Virus record (IMG/VR): IMGVR_UViG_3300009610_000019 | Source of the DNA: a virus | DNA length: 45,931 bases | Strand: one strand, 5' to 3' | Shown here: positions 17,955 through 25,386 of the stretch, piece after piece | Position numbering within the stretch: position 1 is the first letter of the stretch | Layout: every line of letters starts with the position of its first letter | The notes under the pieces: model-generated | What the model was told of the DNA's origin: nothing | Database searches by the model: none | What the model saw: the letters and a program-made list of their open reading frames with translations, nothing else | Made by a program: the position numbers and the translations under genes

Positions 17955-18192
17955 GCTTTACCGCCTCCCAGAACTCGGCCATGTACTGTTTCTCGCGTTC
18001 GTCCAGGGCTTGCAGGCCCTTGGCTCCGAGTACCTTGCGCTTCTCCTGGAGGGCGCCGAAGTGCGGGTAGCACTTGTCGCACAGGTCCAGGCGCTCTTGC
18101 GGGGTGAGAGACACGGTGTCGTACCGCTCAAAGTGTAAGGTCTTGCGGTTCGACAGCTCGCGCTCGCACCCGTCACAGACGACTACCTTCAT
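17935..18192 (-). CDS. zinc-ribbon protein, 85 aa
   Basis: CDGC...CDKC motif. It overlaps the portal start by 20 nt. Confidence 0.6.
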   Translation of the reverse strand: MKVVVCDGCERELSNRKTLHFERYDTVSLTPQERLDLCDKCYPHFGALQEKRKVLGAKGLQALDEREKQYMAEFWEAVKRGATTP

Positions 18193-18319
18193 CGTCGTAG
18201 ATCCGGGCCTGTACCAGCGACCGGCACTTCGTACAGATGAGTTGTGCCGGGACCAGATAGGCTTTGACCTGCTTGGTGATTTCGCACCGCTGGCAGGTGA
18301 AGATGGCGATTGGCGGCAC
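18173..18319 (-). CDS. small zinc-ribbon protein (~48 aa, start uncertain)
   Basis: CQRC...CTKC motif. The track start at 18505 would overlap the terminase 3' end by 139 nt, so I favour GTG 18319. Confidence 0.4.
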   Translation of the reverse strand: MPPIAIFTCQRCEITKQVKAYLVPAQLICTKCRSLVQARIYDDEGSRL

Positions 18320-18366
18320 GCCCTTGTCCCAGAACTCGACCGGCGCGTTGATGTTCGGATCGACCT

Positions 18367-19329
18367 CTACGCGAGGCGCGCGTTTTGGGCCAGCTTCATC
18401 ATGTGCAGCCGGTTCCGCAGCCAATCGAAGCTCCCCACTGGTGCCGGCAGTGCTTCCGGGCTCTCCCCCTGCTTCCACAGTAGGAGGTACTTGAGAGCGT
18501 CCCATGCGTGGTTATCCTTCTGTACGAGTGTTTCTTTCCGGTTGTTGTCGGCGGCCGTCTTGTCGGTGGCCCAGGACTTGTACCGGAGCTTCCGGAGTTC
18601 CCGGAAGAGGTTCTTGCACGTCTCGAAGATGTACAGTTGCGGCTCATCCAGGTTGCGCCAAAGCGTCGAGTTCAGCATCTCGCGGAAGGCGATGTCCACG
18701 CCTTCCAGGTTGTTGCCACGCTCGACCATGATGCCGTAGTCGTCGCGCAGCATTTCGCCCACGCTGCGAAGTTTCGGCCGGCCGTCCACGGTAGACTCTT
18801 GGTTCTGCCGCCAGATGGACGGATCACCGATGATGCCCTGGATGCGATGGAAGTACGGCCGCGCCTTGATCATCTCGACCTGTTCGTGGAGCGGCGTGTC
18901 TGCCTTGTACACCTCGTCAAAGACGTACATGGTTTTCTCGTCCTCCCAGGCGACGGCCATCCAGGCGAACGGGTTGTTGGTGCCGTAGTCATAGCCGCAG
19001 TAGATGGGCCAGTGGTCGTTGATCTCGAAAGGGGCGCAGGTGATTTTTGGTTGGATTACGTCCGGGAAGTTGGGCCACACCTTGGTGGACCCCGAGCCCG
19101 AGAACGACATTTCCATTTCCTGCTGCCAGTCGGGACCTTCCATGCCACCTGGGTAGCCTTTAGCGAGCACCTTGCGCAGCCATGTACGGCCTTGGAGCGT
19201 ATCGAGGTTCTTGTCGGGGTCCGCAGAATAGTGGCACATGCACACGCGGACACCGTCGCGTGTCGTATAGAACGACATGCCTTCGGTTTCTGCGAGTTCT
19301 TCGGCCTTCTTGCTGCGGACGAGTTCCAT
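18367..19329 (-). CDS. terL: terminase large subunit, C-terminal half (lid plus RNaseH-like nuclease domain), 320 aa
   Basis: Motifs VCMCHYSADPDK, IYCGYDYGTNNPFAW, IIGDPS and KDNHAWDALKYLL. ATG at 19329 in a TAATG overlap with the upstream stop. The Arg-rich N-terminal extension in the track is off-frame noise. Confidence 0.85.
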   Translation of the reverse strand: MELVRSKKAEELAETEGMSFYTTRDGVRVCMCHYSADPDKNLDTLQGRTWLRKVLAKGYPGGMEGPDWQQEMEMSFSGSGSTKVWPNFPDVIQPKITCAPFEINDHWPIYCGYDYGTNNPFAWMAVAWEDEKTMYVFDEVYKADTPLHEQVEMIKARPYFHRIQGIIGDPSIWRQNQESTVDGRPKLRSVGEMLRDDYGIMVERGNNLEGVDIAFREMLNSTLWRNLDEPQLYIFETCKNLFRELRKLRYKSWATDKTAADNNRKETLVQKDNHAWDALKYLLLWKQGESPEALPAPVGSFDWLRNRLHMMKLAQNARLA

Positions 19330-19730
19330 TACTTGCGCTTCGCCTTCGGGGTGGTGATGGGCACGAGCGTGCGGAGCCCGCCCTTTTCGTACGTCAGATG
19401 CGCGCCGACGAAGGTCGCGCCGCCCGCCATGAGCGAATCGACGATCATCTTGAGCACGGGCCAGAGCTTCGCCCACGACCAGCCGGCGAGGGCGATGGTG
19501 TTCTCGCCCGCGTAGTTGTAGTCGTAGAAGTTGAGCGAGAGGCCGGCCGCTTCCCCGAACTTCTGTAGCCCGAGGATGAGCGCGGCTGCGAAGCCGAGCC
19601 CGAACGTCCATCGCGGGATCAGTACGTTCTTGAACCAGCCGGTGTCGGGCCGCGACTTGACCCAGAAGCCGAGGAGGTTTCCGGCGGCGACCAGGTACGG
19701 GTAGATCGAGGTCCAGTCGAACGTCTGCAC
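19329..19730 (-). CDS. membrane protein, 133 aa, ~3 TM segments (inserted between the terminase halves)
   Basis: Hydrophobic segments IYPYLVAAGNLLGFWV, WTFGLGFAAALILGL and LWPVLKMIVDSLMAGGATFVGA. GTG start with RBS AAGGAG. Confidence 0.65.
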   Translation of the reverse strand: MQTFDWTSIYPYLVAAGNLLGFWVKSRPDTGWFKNVLIPRWTFGLGFAAALILGLQKFGEAAGLSLNFYDYNYAGENTIALAGWSWAKLWPVLKMIVDSLMAGGATFVGAHLTYEKGGLRTLVPITTPKAKRK

Positions 19731-19739
19731 GTTGTCTCC

Positions 19740-20531
19740 TTACGCGGTTTGGATGCCTTCGAGATGCGGGTAGCCGTTCGTGTTGAAGATGCGGACGGCG
19801 TAGATTTCGCCGCAGTACTGCACGCCGGTTGGCGCCGTGGCGCCGCAATCCGTCGTGATGCCGAGCGCGAACTGCACCTGGCGGATGCCCTTGATTGACG
19901 GCTCCGGGATGTTGTTGTACGTCGTGGCGGCGGCAACACCAGGCGGGTTCCAGAATCGCTTGCCGATCCAGATGTACGACCGGAAATATTGTCCAGAGGC
20001 GAGAGCGGTTGCCGGATACCCGAGGATTGCGCTCATGATCGTGTCGTCGCTAAGCGCCAAGGCGTTTCCGTCGCTGATTCCGACCAGATACGACGACGCG
20101 CCGTAAATGATGAGCTGGTCGCTACCCCAAAACGTCGGGGTTGCGCCGGGGTTTCCGCCCAAGCGCGAGATTGGGTGCTTGGCCCAGATTTCGTAGTTGT
20201 TGTCGTTGCGCATCGGGGTGCCGACTGCAAATCCGAACCCACTGCTTCCGGTTGCTCCGAACGCCGATGGGCCGCCACCTGCCGCAGTGCACTTGAACGC
20301 CGAGCAGATGGCGAGCATGTCGCAGCCCTTGGTGTCGATAGTCGCCCAGGAGAGCGGCGAGAGCGTACCGCCAACCACCATGCGGCCAGCCGTCGTTGGA
20401 TTCGTGTTGAAGTCAAACGTGTGCTGGGTGTTGGCGCCGTTTGCGAACGTCAGGTTCGTGACTGCCGCGCCTGTTTCCGTTGCCGGGTCGCCAATCTTCC
20501 AGAGAAGTTGGCTTTGGTACGTCTGACTCAT
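19740..20531 (-). CDS. hypothetical beta-rich protein, 263 aa (inserted between the terminase halves)
   Basis: ATG at 20531 forms an ATGA overlap with the stop of 20528..21289. The upstream part of the track ORF is off-frame over the terminase gene. Confidence 0.6.
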   Translation of the reverse strand: MSQTYQSQLLWKIGDPATETGAAVTNLTFANGANTQHTFDFNTNPTTAGRMVVGGTLSPLSWATIDTKGCDMLAICSAFKCTAAGGGPSAFGATGSSGFGFAVGTPMRNDNNYEIWAKHPISRLGGNPGATPTFWGSDQLIIYGASSYLVGISDGNALALSDDTIMSAILGYPATALASGQYFRSYIWIGKRFWNPPGVAAATTYNNIPEPSIKGIRQVQFALGITTDCGATAPTGVQYCGEIYAVRIFNTNGYPHLEGIQTA

Positions 20532-21289
20532 GCGACTTGCTCCTCGGTTTCGTTCTGCTCTACAAGGTCCCCGAAGAAAGAGCCTCCGAGAGCCGTCGAA
20601 ATGACCAGGATGCGACGCGCCATCGGCAGCGCAGCCTTGAATGCTTCGCGGAACTCCGGCTGAAAGGCCGCTTCGTCGCAGATGACGAGCGTCGCCGTAT
20701 ACGACCGGAACATATGCGGGCCTTGCGGCACGCCCCAGAACTCGCTGCCGCCGGGGTACAGAAGCTCGCCGCGCTTGCCGATGAGTCCATGCACGCGGAC
20801 GGCGATGGGGCAGGCGTATTCGATGAACCCCACGCGCGCATGCGTCCAGTCGCCGTCGTAGACGAACTTCCAGGCGTCCTCGGCCTTCTTGGACTGGAAG
20901 ATGACGCGGCTGTGCGGGTGCCGGCACTCCCACGATCCGTAGGCGCCTGCGAGCCAGGACCACGTCAACTGGCGCGACTTAACCGCAGCGCCAACGTAGT
21001 CGGCGGGGTATCCGTCGTGCATCCACTGGAGGGCTTTGCGCAGGTACTTCTTGTCGGGGAAGGCTCGAACGCGGTCTTTTGGGGCGGCTGTTTCATCGAA
21101 GGTGCGGACGAAGCCGCCGAAGATGTAGAACTCTGGGTCGGCGCTTATCTGTTCGAGCGTCTTGGCGAGTTGGGTATCGTTCGGACCTCGGGAGGAGAAT
21201 CCGTGCGCTTTCCATAGCGCGGCGTCCATGTCCATGTGAAACGGCGCCTGTTGATCCGTAAGGCGCGAGTTTCGGATTGCTACCGGCAA
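20528..21289 (-). CDS. terL: terminase large subunit, N-terminal ATPase half, 253 aa
   Basis: Ordered motifs VGAAVKSRQLTWSW (Walker-A-like), ATLVICDEAAF (Walker B) and RILVISTALGGSFF (coupling motif), followed by a stop. Confidence 0.75.
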   Translation of the reverse strand: MPVAIRNSRLTDQQAPFHMDMDAALWKAHGFSSRGPNDTQLAKTLEQISADPEFYIFGGFVRTFDETAAPKDRVRAFPDKKYLRKALQWMHDGYPADYVGAAVKSRQLTWSWLAGAYGSWECRHPHSRVIFQSKKAEDAWKFVYDGDWTHARVGFIEYACPIAVRVHGLIGKRGELLYPGGSEFWGVPQGPHMFRSYTATLVICDEAAFQPEFREAFKAALPMARRILVISTALGGSFFGDLVEQNETEEQVA

Positions 21290-21298
21290 CTACCCTGT

Positions 21299-21316
21299 CC
21301 CCACCCAACCCAACCC
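21299..21316 (-). other. G-quadruplex-type motif GGGTTGGGTTGGGTGGGG in the leader of the terminase gene
   Basis: The plus strand reads ccccacccaacccaaccc. There are four G-runs of at least 3 with 1-2 nt loops, 10-27 nt upstream of the TTG start at 21289. Confidence 0.5.
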
Positions 21317-21353
21317 AAAATATCGTGCGCGCCCCCCGGCGCGACTGTCAAGC

Positions 21354-22802
21354 CTATGTGCCGATAGGACGCCATCCCTGTTGCCAGAAGGCCCAGCCGC
21401 CGGCCGTCGTTTGGCGCACGGCTTGGGCGTAGACGTTCTCGAAGTAGTCGAGGCCGTCGAGGGTCGAGTAAATCTGTGCCCAGGTGCCGTTCGTGCCTGG
21501 AGTTTGGCCGCCGTCCGTGGACGCCCAGTAGTATTGCTGGGCGAAGGTGCCGCTTTGCTTGTCTGTGAGCCCGAGCACGATACGCAGGCCCTCGGCCTTG
21601 GCGCGCTGGAGTCCTTCGAGGATGCCGTTGGCGCCGGCCCAGGGGCGCGGGCCACTGCCGGACGTGTTGACGAAGAACAGTTCGACCCAGCGGTTGCGCA
21701 GTGCGTTCTGGTCGTAGGCGCCTGTCAGGTCGGTGCAGTTCGCCCAGCGGAACCTTCCGCCGTCTTTGGCGCGGCCGCTGGATGCAAGCGCCGCGGCCCA
21801 GGCGGCTTGCATGTCGCGCCAGCCTTGGCGGTAGGCGACCTGTGCGAGTTGCGTCGGGAGCGGCGAGGCGTTGGTGGCGTCGCCCGTGTACACGTCCTGC
21901 CGCATGTTGTCGATGAGCATGCCGTCTATTTCCCAGTTGTAGGTGCCGTTGTACTGGGAGTTGCAGTAGTTGACCCACTCGGCGGCGAGCGCGGTGCGAT
22001 GGGCGCTGCTCGTGACATCGCATTCCCAGACGTGCTTGGTGAAGTTCGGCGCGTTGGCCGGGAGCCCTGCGTGGCGGCCGGCGTCGTGCGGGCAGCCGAC
22101 GATGTTGGTCCAGCTCGCGGCATCCGGGCCGCACGTCGGCCATGAGAGGACGCCCGTGGCGTTGCCTTCGTACTCGTCGATGGCGGTACAGCCGTAGCGG
22201 TTGAGCGTGTTGCTGCTGCAACCGGACGTTGCGGCGCCAGCGAGCGGGAATCCGCGCGAGACGAGGCGCGCCGGTTCGAGGGCCGTGTAGGTCGAGTACG
22301 CCTGCTGGTTGACGGACTGGAAGTTGTGGAGCCCGGTGTGGACTTCAGTGTTGACCTTGGACGCGGCCTTGATGGCGCGGATGTGCTGGCGCGGTGGGCT
22401 GTTGCCGAGCACGCAGATGTTGAGCGCCGAGCCCATGTCGATGTTGGCGAGTCCCTTGAGCATGATCCAGTTGCCGGCGCCGGGGACGAAGGTGCCGCTG
22501 TTGGCGTCGCCGTTCACGACTTCGTTGGCGTAGATGCCTCCGCGGGCTGCGATGCGCGCGCGCAGGAAGTCATCCCACTTGCCCCAGTTGAGGCCCTTCT
22601 GGAAGGGGTTCCCCTGTAGCGTTGTGGTCGAGAAGTCGTTCGGGTCGGCCGAGTTCCATTCGTAGAACAGGAATCCCCAGAGGGGCAGTGTGCTACCGGC
22701 TTCGGCGGGCGGATTCGACGGGCGCATGGTTGCGACGCGCCGGCCGCGGCGCATTTGGGCTGCCATCTTGCCGGACAGGCTTGCGATCCCGTGTCGGTTC
22801 AT
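21354..22802 (-). CDS. putative glycoside-hydrolase-like (TIM-barrel type) protein, 482 aa
   Basis: The IDGMLIDNM-type motif and alternating pattern resemble the GH114 / GH-like families. Cys-rich. ATGA-coupled to the upstream gene. Weak, motif-level call. Confidence 0.35.
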   Translation of the reverse strand: MNRHGIASLSGKMAAQMRRGRRVATMRPSNPPAEAGSTLPLWGFLFYEWNSADPNDFSTTTLQGNPFQKGLNWGKWDDFLRARIAARGGIYANEVVNGDANSGTFVPGAGNWIMLKGLANIDMGSALNICVLGNSPPRQHIRAIKAASKVNTEVHTGLHNFQSVNQQAYSTYTALEPARLVSRGFPLAGAATSGCSSNTLNRYGCTAIDEYEGNATGVLSWPTCGPDAASWTNIVGCPHDAGRHAGLPANAPNFTKHVWECDVTSSAHRTALAAEWVNYCNSQYNGTYNWEIDGMLIDNMRQDVYTGDATNASPLPTQLAQVAYRQGWRDMQAAWAAALASSGRAKDGGRFRWANCTDLTGAYDQNALRNRWVELFFVNTSGSGPRPWAGANGILEGLQRAKAEGLRIVLGLTDKQSGTFAQQYYWASTDGGQTPGTNGTWAQIYSTLDGLDYFENVYAQAVRQTTAGGWAFWQQGWRPIGT

Positions 22803-23302
22803 AGACCCATCTCCGCTTCTTCGTCAGTCACCATGTCGATGGTGCATGAGCCATCCAGGTGCAGCTTCTGCATCAGGCTCGCATTCAATCCAGTGTACTC
22901 CGGGAAGATGCGGCTCGCCCAGACCTGTGGGTTTCGCCCGACGCCGTTCAGGAACGCCGGGTGTGTGCGGATGGTGGGGATGCCCTGGATGGTGATGCGG
23001 TCGCCTTCTTTGGCGATCTGGTAGCAGGTGCGAGCGGTGTGTCCGTAGCAGAAGAATTTCCACCATTCGGACCACTTGTTCTTCATGGGGCCTTTGGTCT
23101 TGAGCGACGCCAGGAACATATCGGCCCGCTGTGGCGGTTTGCGTCGGCGGCGCTTGATGTCCGGGTCGGCCAGTTGGCGGGCTTCGTACTCGGCGTCCAT
23201 CTGGATCTTCATGGCGGCCAGTTCTTCCGGCGTTTTTCTGGGCCAGTAGCGGATCTGGTAGACGTAGCCCGTGAGCTGGATGAAGTTTCCGGAGAGCAGC
23301 AC
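22799..23302 (-). CDS. divergent OB-fold ssDNA-binding-like protein, 167 aa
   Basis: N-terminal NFIQLTGYV, then KEGDRITIQGIP, and an acidic C-terminal tail DMVTDEEAEMGL, as in SSB proteins. Confidence 0.35.
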   Translation of the reverse strand: MLLSGNFIQLTGYVYQIRYWPRKTPEELAAMKIQMDAEYEARQLADPDIKRRRRKPPQRADMFLASLKTKGPMKNKWSEWWKFFCYGHTARTCYQIAKEGDRITIQGIPTIRTHPAFLNGVGRNPQVWASRIFPEYTGLNASLMQKLHLDGSCTIDMVTDEEAEMGL

Positions 23303-23521
23303 CTACTGGATCTCCCCTTGTGGTTCGGCGGGCGGCGGCTGGGCGTCACCCGAGGCTTCGAGGCTTTCGATGACGCCTTGGAGTGCGGACAGGAACAGGT
23401 TGCGCGCGAACACGACGTGCGGCATACCGACGTTTTTGGCGATGTTACAGACCGCTTCGTAGGCGATCTTTGGAATCACGAGGGTGAGTTCCTTGTGCAT
23501 TTCGATGTCGGTCACTTCCAC
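23303..23521 (-). CDS. hypothetical protein, 72 aa (possible ribbon-helix-helix)
   Basis: ORF directly abutting 22799..23302. Confidence 0.5.
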   Translation of the reverse strand: MEVTDIEMHKELTLVIPKIAYEAVCNIAKNVGMPHVVFARNLFLSALQGVIESLEASGDAQPPPAEPQGEIQ

Positions 23522-23718
23522 AACCTTCCGTACAGGAGTCGTTTCCAGAGCGGTTGTCGCGGCGGCGTGGTGGTGAGTTGGCGTTCGACTTCAACTCGCA
23601 GCGCCTCGATCCCCGCCTCGCGTCTCGCGTGCAGGTACTCCGCGGACCGCCGTTGCAGGATGGTGAGGTTTCCACGGTAGATCAGGCCCGAGTATTCGTC
23701 GGGGTCGATGTCTTGCAT
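23512..23718 (-). CDS. hypothetical protein, 68 aa
   Basis: ORF in the operon, overlapping its neighbours by 10 and 37 nt. Confidence 0.5.
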   Translation of the reverse strand: MQDIDPDEYSGLIYRGNLTILQRRSAEYLHARREAGIEALRVEVERQLTTTPPRQPLWKRLLYGRLWK

Positions 23719-23873
23719 GGCTCACCGTCCCTCTTGTGCCGCGTCGCGTCGTAGCGAATCCAGTGTTCTTCGCAGTAGTAGAGCGTGCGCTTGGTGTCTT
23801 GGTCGAGCACGATGCGCTCGGCTCTCGCCCTGCACTTTCTCACCCGGCAGAGCCGGTGCGTGTCCCCGAACAT
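23682..23873 (-). CDS. small Cys/His protein, 63 aa
   Basis: ATG start. Contains C..C...CEEH. Confidence 0.5.
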   Translation of the reverse strand: MFGDTHRLCRVRKCRARAERIVLDQDTKRTLYYCEEHWIRYDATRHKRDGEPCKTSTPTNTRA

Positions 23874-23894
23874 GCTGCCCCTCTGGTGAGTGTG

Positions 23895-23920
23895 GTGCGG
23901 GGCGCCACTACACCCCGCAC
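23895..23920. promoter_or_regulatory. perfect 8-bp GC stem-loop between genes
   Basis: gtgcgggg (10-nt loop) ccccgcac. No U-tract on either strand. Confidence 0.35.
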
Positions 23921-23929
23921 CGCTCTGTC

Positions 23930-24271
23930 TTACAGGCCCGAGTAGGACGGGCGTTTGCGGCCGCCCTTCTTCGTGGGCTTCTTGGCCGCGGCCTTCGATG
24001 CCTTCTTGGCCTTGCGGACCGGCTTCTTCTTGGCTGCCATGCTATCACCTCCGAACGGAACAACGAACAGTCCACATTTCCGTTCGTTGATGGACTTCAC
24101 GACCGTCTTGGCTTCTTCTTCGTTCCAGCAGACGACCGTGTGGAGACTGCTGCATCCGAGCCCGAGCGCCGGGTCGAGCGCGATTTCAACGCCGCCGAAG
24201 ATGTGCGTGTGCAGCTTGGCCTTGGCGGTTCCAGACCAGATGAATGGGTATAGCTCATCGAAGGACTTCAT
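23930..24271 (-). CDS. protein with a histone-H1-like Lys/Ala/Pro tail, 113 aa
   Basis: ATG 24271 in an ATGA overlap with the SSB stop. The C-terminus reads AAKKKPVRKAKKASKAAAKKPTKKGGRKRP. The track start at 24589 is off-frame over ssb. Confidence 0.6.
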   Translation of the reverse strand: MKSFDELYPFIWSGTAKAKLHTHIFGGVEIALDPALGLGCSSLHTVVCWNEEEAKTVVKSINERKCGLFVVPFGGDSMAAKKKPVRKAKKASKAAAKKPTKKGGRKRPSYSGL

Positions 24272-24786
24272 GCGGTGCCGCCCTGCAAGAGCATCGCCAT
24301 GATGCCGGCCAGGTGTCTCTTGGCTTCGTCTCGGGGCGTCACGGCGAGGTCGTCCGGAGTTGGGTCTGGGATGGGGAGCCCCCGGAGCCAGCGCGGAGGA
24401 TACGCTCGGACGTGCTCGTAACGTTCGAGCGCCAGCATGTGTTCCGGTTTGGCTTCGACGGGGGTTTCCTCGGCGTCCAGTTGGACGGTTTCTTGTCCGA
24501 ACGAGATGCGGTCGGCGCGCATGGTGCGTTGGATGCGTGCTTGGCCGTCGCGGCCCGACCAGGGGCGTTCTTCGACTGGTCCGGAGCACATGGCGATGCG
24601 GCCTTTTTCGAGGTGTCGCAGCGCGAATTCTGCGACGTTGGCGCGGGCGAGGATGTCGTACCAGACGTTGCCGCCTTCGTAGTCGCGGACGCAGAGCGAG
24701 AACTTGGTGAATATCTTACCGTTGCGGTCATAGATTTCTTCTGGATCGCGTCCCAGGTTCCCCGAAACCGTTTCGCGTCTTTGCAA
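24268..24786 (-). CDS. ssb: single-stranded DNA-binding protein, 172 aa
   Basis: VSGNLGRDPE...GK.FTKFSL...W.D......AE....L.KG pattern of the bacterial SSB OB-fold. TTG start after GGGAGGGA. Confidence 0.75.
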   Translation of the reverse strand: MQRRETVSGNLGRDPEEIYDRNGKIFTKFSLCVRDYEGGNVWYDILARANVAEFALRHLEKGRIAMCSGPVEERPWSGRDGQARIQRTMRADRISFGQETVQLDAEETPVEAKPEHMLALERYEHVRAYPPRWLRGLPIPDPTPDDLAVTPRDEAKRHLAGIMAMLLQGGTA

Positions 24787-24970
24787 CCCATCCCTCCCGG
24801 TAAATGGTTGCCACGGCCGGCCGTGTGGTTTCCGCAGTCACAGTGACACCCACCCGCCGCGGCCGTGGCGCGACAGGTATCGCATGATACGAATCGTCAC
24901 GTCAAGAGTATTGTGACATTTCCTTCATGACGTGGTAGGGTGCCGATGTCACACTTGCTGGAGGTCAGAA
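24787..24970. promoter_or_regulatory. divergent control region with GTCAC/GTGAC(A) repeats
   Basis: Palindrome GTCACAGTGAC at 24837-24847. Further pentamers at 24896, 24913 and 24948. GTGACA (24913) and TGTCAC (24947) flank a TAGGGT -10-like hexamer at 24935-24940. Confidence 0.5.
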
Positions 24971-25243
24971 ATGGCAGCGAAGATTGTGGTGAGCACCCTG
25001 GTCATGGTGGTGTGCGGCACGTCGGTGATCGAGGGCGAGTTCCGCGGTGAGGGCGTGCCGGTGAACGCAGACGTGTCGTTGGTAGAAGCGTACCGGGCGT
25101 GCAAGGAGACTACGTTCCAGAAGATTGCGGCCGGCATGCTCGACACGTTGCGGCGTGCGGCGATGGACGTGGTGCGTGTGCAGATACTCTATACGCCGAC
25201 CGAGGTTGCGGTGGCGGTGCTGGAGGAGGAGTCTACGAAGTGA
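24971..25243 (+). CDS. hypothetical protein, 90 aa
   Basis: ATG after GGAGG. First gene of the rightward small-protein operon. Confidence 0.6.
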   Translation: MAAKIVVSTLVMVVCGTSVIEGEFRGEGVPVNADVSLVEAYRACKETTFQKIAAGMLDTLRRAAMDVVRVQILYTPTEVAVAVLEEESTK

Positions 25244-25386
25244 CGAAACGGACGAACAACCCGCGGTGGCGCCAGATGCGCAACGCGAAGATCCGGCGGG
25301 AGTACCGCCGGCAGACGGCCCGGAGCCTGGGGCACGAGTACGGTCTTTCGATTCGGCAGATTTACCGCATCGTGGGAGGGCACTGA
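25240..25386 (+). CDS. small helix-turn-helix protein, 48 aa
   Basis: GTGA overlap at the start. LGHEYGLSIRQIYRIV resembles sigma-70 region 4 / Mor-type HTH domains and the protein at 33762..33947. Confidence 0.5.
   Translation: MTKRTNNPRWRQMRNAKIRREYRRQTARSLGHEYGLSIRQIYRIVGGH

Noticed and set aside
15912-18107. Very long antisense ORFs (15912..18107 +, 13272..14711 +, 42821..44293 +, 43016..44134 -, 37772..39298 -, 39676..40887 -, 21280..22221 -)
   Set aside because: They are shadow ORFs opposite to, or out of frame with, genes that carry clear motifs (portal, capsid, giant protein, accessory genes, GH-like protein). Their composition is dominated by Arg, Ala, Gly and Pro, and none has an RBS.
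18367-19848. N-terminal extensions of track ORFs (18367..19848, 19740..20963, 23930..24589, 32373..33455, 33347..33913, 39451..40956, 8178..11039)
   Set aside because: The extensions overlap upstream genes out of frame and are Arg-rich. They also precede an internal start that has a good RBS or an ATGA/GTGA overlap with the upstream stop, so I used the shorter coordinates.
19330-20527. Group I/II intron or intein as the explanation for the split terminase
   Set aside because: The interval is filled by two ORFs with their own starts and stops and tight overlaps. That leaves no space for a ribozyme core. The terminase halves have their own stop and start codons, and no intein splicing blocks or homing-endonuclease motifs were seen.
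21328-21343. Hairpin after the 482-aa gene as a rho-independent terminator
   Set aside because: The stem is only 6 bp and the T-run starts 5 nt after it. It is mentioned in a finding but not called as a terminator.
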